Shown here piece by piece: positions 10,102-18,212 of a DNA stretch of 64,000 nucleotides. The notes below the pieces were generated by a model. The model was not told where the DNA came from. It saw only the letters and a list, made by a program, of their open reading frames with translations, and searched no databases. Origin of the DNA: Hyphomicrobiales bacterium (GTDB taxonomy: Bacteria; Pseudomonadota; Alphaproteobacteria; Rhizobiales; Xanthobacteraceae); assembly GCA_003169835.1 (NCBI GenBank), contig PNAI01000034.1:4982-68981 (forward strand). The letters are read 5' to 3'. Within the stretch, counting starts at the first letter, position 1. Every line of letters begins with the position of its first letter. The translations under genes were made by a program, and so were the position numbers.

Positions 10102-11271
10102 ATGGAAACGTCTCCGGATCGAGCCAGACTAATCGATACGCTCTCAAAACTCGTCGCGGCCAATACAGAAAATCCGCCCGGTCGTGAAATTGAGGCCGCG
10201 CAATATCTCGCTCATGAGCTCACGAGCCTCGGGCTCGATGTGAATTTTCAGGACATCGCCGAGGGTCGTCCGAACGTCGTCGCGCGGTTCGACAATGGCC
10301 CAGGCCCAATCTTTGCGTTCAATTCGCACATGGACGTGGTGCCGGCAGGCGCCGGCTGGACGTCCGATCCGTTCAAGCTTCGCAGCCAGGGTGGTCGGCT
10401 CTTCGCCCGCGGTGCTTGCGATGCGAAAGGCCCAATCGCGGGCATGGTTGAAGCGATTCGTATGCTGTGCACCGCGCGCGATCGCTGGTCGGGCACTTTA
10501 CTGGCGGTCTTCGTGGTGGATGAAGAGGTTGCAAGTCGAGGTGCGCGCGCCTTTGTCGCCGAGCGGCCGAAGATCGATCTGTGCATCGTCGGCGAACCGA
10601 CCTCGAATACGGTCGTCGTCGCGCACAAGGGCAGCATGCGCCCGCTGGTGCGGGTGAAAGGCATTCCTGCGCATTCTGCTTCACCCGACAATGGCGACAA
10701 CGCCCTCTACAAGGCGGCGCAGCTATTATTGATGATAGAGAAACGCCATCGCGCATTGTCTGCGTCGTCACATCCCTTGCTGGGTTCGCCGACACTGACG
10801 GTCACACGCATCCACGGCGGCCACGCCGATAACGTAGTGCCTGAAGCCTGCGAGATCCTTCTCGACCGGCGCATGATCCCCGGAGAAAGCGAGGATGACG
10901 TGCGCGCGCAATTCGAAAAGCTCCTGTCCGAAGTCAAGGCTTCGCACGGCGTCGAGGCCGAGATAGTTGAATATCGTCCGACAACGGGCGGAGCGACGGA
11001 AACTAAGGCCGACCAGCCCATCGTGTCTTCGGCGGTGCGATCCGCGCAGCGACACGGTGTGCACGATCATGCCTTGCACGGATTGCAGGGCGCATGCGAT
11101 CTCGTCCATTTCCGCTCGATCGGCGTGCAGGGGATCGTGTTGGGTCCTGGGGCGCTCGATGTTGCGCACAAGCCGGACGAGTTTGTACCGGAAAACGAAC
11201 TGATGGCGTCAACCCTTATTTACAGAGACACTGTTTTTGATCTGCTTCAAAGGAGCGGCGCAGTCAGATAA
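10102..11271 (+). CDS. M20-family metallohydrolase (ArgE/DapE/acetylornithine deacetylase-like)
   Basis: NSHMDVVPAG...GACDAKG...VVDEE metal-binding motifs. Last gene of the operon. Confidence 0.85.
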   Translation: METSPDRARLIDTLSKLVAANTENPPGREIEAAQYLAHELTSLGLDVNFQDIAEGRPNVVARFDNGPGPIFAFNSHMDVVPAGAGWTSDPFKLRSQGGRLFARGACDAKGPIAGMVEAIRMLCTARDRWSGTLLAVFVVDEEVASRGARAFVAERPKIDLCIVGEPTSNTVVVAHKGSMRPLVRVKGIPAHSASPDNGDNALYKAAQLLLMIEKRHRALSASSHPLLGSPTLTVTRIHGGHADNVVPEACEILLDRRMIPGESEDDVRAQFEKLLSEVKASHGVEAEIVEYRPTTGGATETKADQPIVSSAVRSAQRHGVHDHALHGLQGACDLVHFRSIGVQGIVLGPGALDVAHKPDEFVPENELMASTLIYRDTVFDLLQRSGAVR

Positions 11272-11285
11272 CTGTTCGTGCTTAT

Positions 11286-11295
11286 GAGTTCGCGG
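11286..11295. repeat. Left copy of the exact 10-nt direct repeat GAGTTCGCGG
   Basis: An identical decamer recurs at 13280..13289. It may be a target-site duplication or att remnant, or it may be chance. Confidence 0.35.
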
Positions 11296-11339
11296 CCGAG
11301 ATTCATAATCAGAGTTGCGGCATAATTTTTTCCAATGAG

Positions 11340-11423
11340 AAATTCCCTGTTTCTTGCCATTCGACGTACAAAAAATCCCTGATATGCGCCTAGAAACTCC
11401 CTGTTCCATTGCTCAGGGAATTT
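11340..11423. repeat. Cluster of AAAWTCCCTG decamers (11340-49, 11372-81 and 11394-403 forward; 11414-23 inverted)
   Basis: Read directly: aaattccctg, aaaatccctg, aaactccctg, and cagggaattt as the reverse complement. The last two form a 10-nt inverted repeat with a 10-nt spacer. Confidence 0.6.
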
Positions 11424-11496
11424 GGCTGCAAACCATTGAATTCACCGGCTGATGAAGCGTCAAAATTGCAGCGGAATGCCAAATTTCGAGAAATTC

Positions 11497-11520
11497 CCGG
11501 TATTATGGCGCAAACGCCAC
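11497..11520. repeat. Left arm of the 24-nt inverted repeat CCGGTATTATGGCGCAAACGCCAC
   Basis: The reverse complement of 13208..13231 is CCGGTCTTATGGCGCAAACGCCAC, a 23/24 match. It contains an internal TGGCG-CAAA-CGCCA hairpin. Confidence 0.8.
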
Positions 11521-11587
11521 AAGCAATTCCAAGTTAGCCATCTTAACTTTCAGACAAACCGGGAATGTGCCGTCACTGGTTTTAACC

Positions 11588-11604
11588 ATGGCGCATAATG
11601 CCGG
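11588..11604. promoter_or_regulatory. Third, inverted partial copy of the repeat (ATGGCGCATAATGCCGG) overlapping a -10-like CATAAT; possible operator/promoter of the cassette operon
   Basis: Its reverse complement CCGGCATTATGCGCCAT matches the start of the left arm apart from 1 gap and 1 mismatch. CATAAT lies at 11594-11599, the RBS AGAGG at 11613-17 and the ATG at 11623. Confidence 0.35.
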
Positions 11605-11622
11605 TTCGTTCTAGAGGTTAAA

Positions 11623-12012
11623 ATGAGCGAACCGCATGTTGTTTCCGCCCTCCGTGCCAAGCGCGCCGAGGTCAGCGGTGATATTCGAGACCTAGAAAAC
11701 AAGATCAAACGCCAGCGGGCGAACCTTGTCCATATTGACGCGACCATCCGCGTGTTCGCACCAGGTCTAAACCCCGACAGCATCGCACCGAAACGCCGCT
11801 ATCAGCGGTCGCGCTATTTCGCCAAGGGCGAGATATCACGAAGCGTACTTGACGCGCTCCGCAAAGCCGCGGGACAACCGATTAAAGTGTCTGCCATTGT
11901 GGCTGACCTTGTCGCTGTAAAGGGCTTTCAATCCGACGATACTGCGCTGATGGAATCTGTCACCGGGAGGGTTCTCACGGTACTCCGGCGGCTCCATGGC
12001 TATAACCTCTGA
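11623..12012 (+). CDS. Hypothetical 129-aa protein, with a coiled-coil-like N-terminus and a winged-helix-like C-terminus
   Basis: Good RBS. ALRAKRAEVSGDIRDLENKIKRQRANLVHIDATIRVF looks heptad-like. The C-terminal ISRSVLDALRKAAGQPIKVSAIVADL looks wHTH-like. I recall similar proteins in alphaproteobacterial islands, but this is unverified. Confidence 0.65.
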   Translation: MSEPHVVSALRAKRAEVSGDIRDLENKIKRQRANLVHIDATIRVFAPGLNPDSIAPKRRYQRSRYFAKGEISRSVLDALRKAAGQPIKVSAIVADLVAVKGFQSDDTALMESVTGRVLTVLRRLHGYNL

Positions 12013-12232
12013 AAAGGAATGGGCGGAACGGGCGTCCGCATTCTTAAAACACAAGCTTAGAGAGTCTGAGGTAACCTATGTCGAGCTGGCGAAGCGCCTC
12101 AAAAAACACTGCCATAAGGAAACGGAGGCATCTATTACAAACAAGCTGGCGCGCGGCACGTTTGCAGCAACGTTCTTCCTCGCCTGCCTTGCGGCGCTGG
12201 AATTGGACGGTGTGGCGCTAGAGGAAATCTAG
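11996..12232 (+). CDS. Small 78-aa HTH-like protein (resembles DUF6471, from memory)
   Basis: Overlaps the upstream gene by 17 nt. YVELAKRLKKHCHKETEASITNKLARGTFAATFFLACLAALE matches my recollection of the DUF6471 pattern (…ISRG.FTA.FFLQCL…). Confidence 0.6.
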   Translation: MAITSEKEWAERASAFLKHKLRESEVTYVELAKRLKKHCHKETEASITNKLARGTFAATFFLACLAALELDGVALEEI

Positions 12233-12379
12233 CTCGACCTAGTTGCAATCGGGTGTGAAGCCGTCACACTGGAAGATATTTTAAAGCCTAATTACGGACC
12301 TAAATCCAACTGCAAAACCGATGAATAAGCCGCTGGCGATCCCCGCCAGAAATCCGCAAAACATTAGCCACGCACTGTC

Positions 12380-13123
12380 ATGCCGAGTCGGAAGATGGAC
12401 CTTTTCAATATTTGGCTCCCCATCATTGGGGGAATCCTTTTGGGAGCAATCGCAGTCGGCGCTTGGTATGCTGGAGACAAATTGATCGCCATATGGTGTG
12501 GATTTTTTGGTGTTGTTTGTTTCCTGCTCCTCGCTGCACTTCAATTCCACGAGAACGTTATCTTGGAGCGGCAAGGGGCCATCAAAATTAGCACTGCTCC
12601 AGAACCCGATAAAGCGCCGGTACAAACAAATTTCGAAGCCGAACGAGCGTTCGTTTTCCTTAACTCTTTTGAGGTGCATCTTCTCGGTAACATCGTGCGC
12701 GTGATGCCAAAATGGGAAAATAGCGGGCCAACTCGCACCAAAGACATGCGCAGCCGGGTTAGCTGGAAATTCTTCCCCGGCGCGCCGCCATCCGATTTCC
12801 CCTATCCTGATCTGGATGGCATGGGGCAACCAGATACATCGCCGGAAGAACGGCCCGCTTTTGTCGGGCCTAAATCTATGACCTTTGCCTTTCCCCTGGA
12901 TATTCCAATCGTGTTGATAGAGCACGTCCGAGATAAACAGGGACAAATTCTTGTTTGGGGATGGACTGAATATAACGACGTTTTTGACGGAACGCTTCGA
13001 CATAGAACCGAATTCTGCAATGAACTTGCTGTGCTCGGCTTCAAAATAGCCAACGCCGATCAGGCAGCTATCAGCGCCGCAATATCCTTTCCCATGTGCG
13101 GGCCGCATAATTCCGCAAATTAA
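12380..13123 (+). CDS. Hypothetical 247-aa membrane protein (2 N-terminal TM helices plus a domain of about 190 aa from an unknown family)
   Basis: TM1 is LFNIWLPIIGGILLGAIAVGAWY and TM2 is LIAIWCGFFGVVCFLLLAALQF. Amino-acid composition is natural (…VWGWTEYNDVFDGTLRHRTEFCNEL…). It is co-directional with the two small genes. An alternative ATG lies at 12395. A fully overlapping antisense ORF exists (see the rejected list). Confidence 0.55.
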   Translation: MPSRKMDLFNIWLPIIGGILLGAIAVGAWYAGDKLIAIWCGFFGVVCFLLLAALQFHENVILERQGAIKISTAPEPDKAPVQTNFEAERAFVFLNSFEVHLLGNIVRVMPKWENSGPTRTKDMRSRVSWKFFPGAPPSDFPYPDLDGMGQPDTSPEERPAFVGPKSMTFAFPLDIPIVLIEHVRDKQGQILVWGWTEYNDVFDGTLRHRTEFCNELAVLGFKIANADQAAISAAISFPMCGPHNSAN

Positions 13124-13198
13124 GATCGCGGATAACAAAAGCCATTCAAACTTTCTCACCGGGCTCCCCTCCCGACCTTATGTCGTTAGCGCCTGAGG

Positions 13199-13241
13199 AA
13201 ATTTCCCGTGGCGTTTGCGCCATAAGACCGGAAATTCCCTG
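13199..13241. repeat. Right-flank repeat block: an AAATTTCCCG variant, the right arm of the inverted repeat, and an AAATTCCCTG decamer (13232-41)
   Basis: Read directly. GAAATTCCCTGT at 13231-42 is identical to 11339-50. Confidence 0.6.
13208..13231. repeat. Right arm of the 24-nt inverted repeat (GTGGCGTTTGCGCCATAAGACCGG)
   Basis: 23/24 reverse-complement match to 11497..11520. Confidence 0.8.
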
Positions 13242-13279
13242 TATTTTTCCCTATTATCAGGAACTTCGATAGCGGAGAC

Positions 13280-13289
13280 GAGTTCGCGG
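13280..13289. repeat. Right copy of the 10-nt direct repeat GAGTTCGCGG
   Basis: Identical to 11286..11295. It is followed by a 9-bp GC hairpin at 13286-13306. Confidence 0.35.
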
Positions 13290-13410
13290 TGGACTGCGTC
13301 CACCGCCACGCACTTGTGAGCGTCGTTTTTTCCGTCTTGGGATGATCGCGCACCTCGTCGCGGAAAACCACGCATTGCCTTGCTGCAGGTTCCGGCGGCT
13401 GACAATATGA

Positions 13411-15189
13411 TTGGCAAAAGCCAGTAGCCTTCTCCGAATCCGCGGGATTGCACCGACAATGCAGGAATCGACAGCTGTGCGGCGTGACCCGATGACGGCG
13501 GCCACCGCGCGTGCGCAATCTCGCGTTGGCCGCTTTGCCGAAGTCGGATTGCCTGCGAGCGGGGTGCTGATCGGCGTGCTTCTGGTGCTCGGCCCGTTCC
13601 TGGCGACCGTCATCCGCAGCCTGCTCTATTGGGACCGCGATCAGGTCTCCCTGTCGCTGCAGAATTTCGTAGGTCTATTCGGCGACCCGCGTTTCTATCA
13701 AGCCGTCGGCAACACCGTCATCTGCGGCGCGGGCGCGACGATTTGCTCATGCTTATTGGGTTTCAGTCTTGCCTGGATTGTCTCGCGCACTGATCTGCCC
13801 GGCCGGCGTTGGTTCGAGATTTTCAATCTCGTACCGTTTTTTCTGTCGCCCTATGTCGGTGCCGTAAGCTGGATCTATCTTGCCGCACCGCACAGCGGCG
13901 TCCTGTCGCGCCTGCTTAATCAATATCTCGGCCTGCCCGACGATTTCATCCGAATCTACAGCCTCGGCGGCGTGATCTGGGTGCTCTCGCTGTTCTACAC
14001 GCCTTATGTGTATCTCTTCGTCATCGCGCCGATGCGGCAGATGGATGCGGCGCTCGAAGATGCTGCGCGCGTGCACGGCGCGTCTTTCTGGTACACGCTC
14101 CGCCGCATTACCATTCCGCTCCTCACGCCGGCCCTGCTGTCGAGCGCGCTGATTGTGTTTGTCACCAGCGCCGGCCTGTTCGACGTGCCGCTCGCGCTCG
14201 CAGCTCCCAAGGGCATCCGCACCATGCCAACCGAAATCTTCCAGCTCGTGCAATACCCGTCCGATCTCGGCCGCGCCGCCTCGTTTGGCGTGGTGGTGAT
14301 GATCGTCACCGTCTTGTTCACCATTCTGCAGCGCCGCTACATCGACCGCCGCCGCTTCGAGACCGTCACCGGCAAGGGCTATCGGCCGCGGCTGGTGCAA
14401 CTGCGCCGGGGCGGGCGCTTCGCCGCATGGATGCTGGAATTCGTCTATCTTGGCAGTGGCGTCGTGCTGCCGCTGATTGCCCTTTTCATGGTGTCGTTCT
14501 CGCGGCTATGGACCGGGCGGCTCGATCCATCTGTGCTGACCACGCACAATTTCGAATACGTTCTGTTCGGCTTTAAGCTCACCCAGACGGCGATCCTCAA
14601 CAGCGTGTATTTAGCTATCGTTGGCGCAACGATCGGCGTCGCGTTGGCGGTGCTGCAGGGCTACTACCTCAATCGCGGTAGCCGCAGACGCCGCGCGCTG
14701 GTCGACTCGCTGCTTTCTCTTCCGCTCGGCATTCCGGGCATCATATTGGGGCTCGGTTTTCTCATCATTGCCATTCGCACGCCGCTCTATTCCACACTGG
14801 CGATTATCCTGATTGCTTACATCGCGCGCTTCTTTCCGTTTGCCACGCGGACTGTGTCCTCGATGCTGCTCGCCATCAATCCCGAGCTTGAACAAAGCGC
14901 GCGCGCGAGCGGCGCAAGCTGGCTGCAGACCATGCGCTACATCCTGCTGCCTTTGCTGATGCCGGCGATCATCGCGGCCTGGCTGCTGTTGTTCGTGATC
15001 TTCATCCGTGAGCTGGGCGCAACAATATTGCTTTACGGTCAAGGCACCGAAACGATCAGTGTCGCGCTTGTCATTCTCTCCGAGCACAGCGCGGCCACCA
15101 TGACGGCGCTCGCCGTCGTCCAACTCATCCTGCTGCTTGGCGCGTTCATGCTGTTCCGGCTCACGCGCGCCTCGTTGTTGCAGGCTTAA
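13411..15189 (+). CDS. Fused two-domain ABC transporter permease (Fe3+/thiamine/polyamine-type, FbpB/ThiP-like)
   Basis: About 12 TM segments and two EAA-like loops (AARVHGASFWYTLRRITIPLL and SARASGASWLQTMRYILLPLL). The start is uncertain: TTG at 13411, or ATG at 13459 or 13492. Confidence 0.85.
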   Translation: MAKASSLLRIRGIAPTMQESTAVRRDPMTAATARAQSRVGRFAEVGLPASGVLIGVLLVLGPFLATVIRSLLYWDRDQVSLSLQNFVGLFGDPRFYQAVGNTVICGAGATICSCLLGFSLAWIVSRTDLPGRRWFEIFNLVPFFLSPYVGAVSWIYLAAPHSGVLSRLLNQYLGLPDDFIRIYSLGGVIWVLSLFYTPYVYLFVIAPMRQMDAALEDAARVHGASFWYTLRRITIPLLTPALLSSALIVFVTSAGLFDVPLALAAPKGIRTMPTEIFQLVQYPSDLGRAASFGVVVMIVTVLFTILQRRYIDRRRFETVTGKGYRPRLVQLRRGGRFAAWMLEFVYLGSGVVLPLIALFMVSFSRLWTGRLDPSVLTTHNFEYVLFGFKLTQTAILNSVYLAIVGATIGVALAVLQGYYLNRGSRRRRALVDSLLSLPLGIPGIILGLGFLIIAIRTPLYSTLAIILIAYIARFFPFATRTVSSMLLAINPELEQSARASGASWLQTMRYILLPLLMPAIIAAWLLLFVIFIRELGATILLYGQGTETISVALVILSEHSAATMTALAVVQLILLLGAFMLFRLTRASLLQA

Positions 15190-15201
15190 GGGGAGGGCGC
15201 G

Positions 15202-16320
<1,119 letters not shown>

Positions 16321-16364
16321 AAATGGGGCGTAAAACGGAAAGTTTCGAGAAAAGGTGAGGTAGG

Positions 16365-17453
16365 GTGATGACCAGAATCTTGACGTTTGTTGCGGCCTGT
16401 GCGCTGGCTATCCTTGCGACGAGTGCGTTCGCGCAAGTGCCGGCTCTGGAAGGTACTTCTCCTGCTGAGAAGGCGCGGATCACCGCCCTCATTGAAGCCG
16501 CCAAGGGCGAAGGCGCCGTCACCTATTGGGATGTTGTCATTCAGCCCGAGACCAACGACGCGCTCACCGCCGCGTTCCGCAAATATTACGGCCTGCCCGA
16601 TAGCTTCAAAGTCAACTATCAGCTCCTGGCGACCGCCGCGCTGCAAACTCGCGTTGAGCAGGAAGTCGGCGCGGACAAGGTGACGGTCGATATTGCCGCC
16701 ATAGGTTCGCCGTCCTGGGTGTTCGAGCGCGCCGCCAAGGGCGACGCGCTGGAATACGATTCGCCGCAGTATCAGCACTACGCCAAGTCGATCGAAAGCG
16801 GTCTCGGCAAGAAAGGCTTTTTCGCCTTCAATGGCGCTTATCTGTTTGTGCCGATGTGGGATAGCACGCGCCTCGATTTCAAGGGCAAGTCCTGGAAAGA
16901 CGTAATTGCGGCGGTGCCGGCGGGACGCATGAGCCTAGGCGATGTGTCGAAGTCGGCCGCATATCTTGCGACCTATGCCGGGCAGCGAAAGGTCTTGGAC
17001 GTCGACTACTTCAAAAAACTCTCGGAGACCAAAGGCTCATTCCTTGTGCGCTCCGAGCAGATCGCCAGTCGTGTCGTCTCGGGCGAGGACTTGATGACGT
17101 TCACCGGCATGCCGACGCGCGCCTACCAGAACAACCAAAAAGGCGCGAAGCTTAAATTCATCTTCCCCGAGGAAGGCGTAGTATTGCTGCCGCAGAACAT
17201 GTTCATCCTCAAGAAAGCGCTACATCCGAACGCCGCCAAACTCTGGATCGATTTCATACTTTCGGAACAAGGGCAGAATTTAATCGTGAAAGGCGAGGCG
17301 CTGATCTCCGGCCGTGCCGGCTTCAAGAGCCCGTTGCCCGAATACGCACCGCCGATCGAGAGCCTCAAAGTCATCCCGATCGATTGGGAAAAAACCTCGA
17401 CCGCCGACTTGCAAAAATTACGGCAGGAATGGGTAGGGATGTTCAATCCCTGA
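16365..17453 (+). CDS. ABC transporter periplasmic substrate-binding protein (family 1, Fe3+/polyamine-like)
   Basis: Signal peptide MTRILTFVAACALAILATSAFAQ (ATG at 16368). Last gene of the permease-ATPase-SBP operon. Confidence 0.8.
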   Translation: MMTRILTFVAACALAILATSAFAQVPALEGTSPAEKARITALIEAAKGEGAVTYWDVVIQPETNDALTAAFRKYYGLPDSFKVNYQLLATAALQTRVEQEVGADKVTVDIAAIGSPSWVFERAAKGDALEYDSPQYQHYAKSIESGLGKKGFFAFNGAYLFVPMWDSTRLDFKGKSWKDVIAAVPAGRMSLGDVSKSAAYLATYAGQRKVLDVDYFKKLSETKGSFLVRSEQIASRVVSGEDLMTFTGMPTRAYQNNQKGAKLKFIFPEEGVVLLPQNMFILKKALHPNAAKLWIDFILSEQGQNLIVKGEALISGRAGFKSPLPEYAPPIESLKVIPIDWEKTSTADLQKLRQEWVGMFNP

Positions 17454-17462
17454 TCCGCGTTC

Positions 17463-18212
17463 TCAATATGCCGTCAGTCCGCCATCAACCATGAGCGTGT
17501 GACCGGTGACCGACGCGGCTGCCGGACTTGCAAGATAGACCACTGCGGCCGCGACTTCCTCCGTCGTCACAAACCGGCCGGTCGGGATGCGCGCCAGCAT
17601 TTCCTTGCGCCGCTCGGGATCGTTCAGCATTTGCGCGCGTGACGGCGTGAGCACGGTTGCCGGCGCCACCGCATTGACGCGGATGTTCTTGTCTGCCCAT
17701 TCGATCGCCAGCATTTTTGTCATTTGGATGAGGCCGGCTTTGGAAATGCCGTACACCGCGCGCTGCGCGATGCCGGTGACACCATGCGTCGACACCATCG
17801 ACACGATTGCGCCCGCACGCCCGCGCTCGATGCAATAGCGGCCGAAGCGCTGCGTCAGGAAAAAGCTGCCCTTAAGATTAGTATCGATGATGTCGTCCCA
17901 CTCAGCCAGCGTGACGTCAATGGTGGGTTTTACCAGCGCGCGGGCGGCGTTGTTGACCAGCAGATCGATTTCGCCCAGGCCGGTCAGCGCGCGATCGAAC
18001 GCCGCGCCGATGCTCTCCTGCGAGCGCAGATCGAGCTGCACAGGAATGACCTTGCGCCCCGCGAACTCAGGACCCCGCAGCAGTTCGGTAAGCGGCGCAA
18101 TATCCAGTTCAGTCAGTGCAAGATCGTAGCCCTCACGCGCGAGCGCAAGCGCGATGGCGCGACCGAGCCCGGTCGATGTGCCGGTTACGAGAGCTCGGCG
18201 AGGTTGGTCCAC
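17463..18212 (-). CDS. SDR-family oxidoreductase
   Basis: TGTSTGLGRAIA, NNAA and YGISKAG motifs. Confidence 0.9.
   Translation of the reverse strand: MDQPRRALVTGTSTGLGRAIALALAREGYDLALTELDIAPLTELLRGPEFAGRKVIPVQLDLRSQESIGAAFDRALTGLGEIDLLVNNAARALVKPTIDVTLAEWDDIIDTNLKGSFFLTQRFGRYCIERGRAGAIVSMVSTHGVTGIAQRAVYGISKAGLIQMTKMLAIEWADKNIRVNAVAPATVLTPSRAQMLNDPERRKEMLARIPTGRFVTTEEVAAAVVYLASPAAASVTGHTLMVDGGLTAY

Larger units (their letters stand above)
11286..13289. other. Putative horizontally acquired cassette of about 2 kb (three genes, repeat-bracketed, no recombinase)
   Basis: Lies between two ABC operons. Composition is patchy: 60% GC on line 11641 (gene 1) but 43% and 50% on lines 12281 and 12541 (gene-3 region), against 68% on flanking line 13501 (hand counts). 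Bounded by a 10-nt direct repeat and a 24-nt inverted repeat. Confidence 0.55.

Noticed and set aside
12281-13159. 292-aa minus-strand ORF inside the cassette, with a signal-peptide-like start and a C-terminal TM segment
   Set aside because: It is codon-aligned antisense to the 247-aa plus-strand ORF. That register is the commonest source of shadow ORFs. Its product is rich in Trp, Cys, His and Arg and has unnatural stretches (FRRCIWLPHAIQIRIGEIGWRRAGEEF). It also runs against the direction of the two upstream cassette genes. I keep it as an open question in the findings.
11286-13289. Calling the cassette an IS element, MITE or integron cassette
   Set aside because: It has no transposase, integrase or attC-like structure. 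At about 1.7 kb between the inverted repeats, carrying three genes, it is too large for a MITE. The 10-nt direct repeat could occur by chance (rough estimate: on the order of 1 in 10 for flanks of this size). It is therefore reported only as a repeat-bracketed cassette.
13286-13306. The 9-bp GC hairpin GCGGTGGAC-TGC-GTCCACCGC as a terminator of the cassette
   Set aside because: There is no adjacent T-tract (the nearest run is about 20 nt away). It lies 160 nt past the last cassette stop. It is mentioned only as context for the direct repeat.
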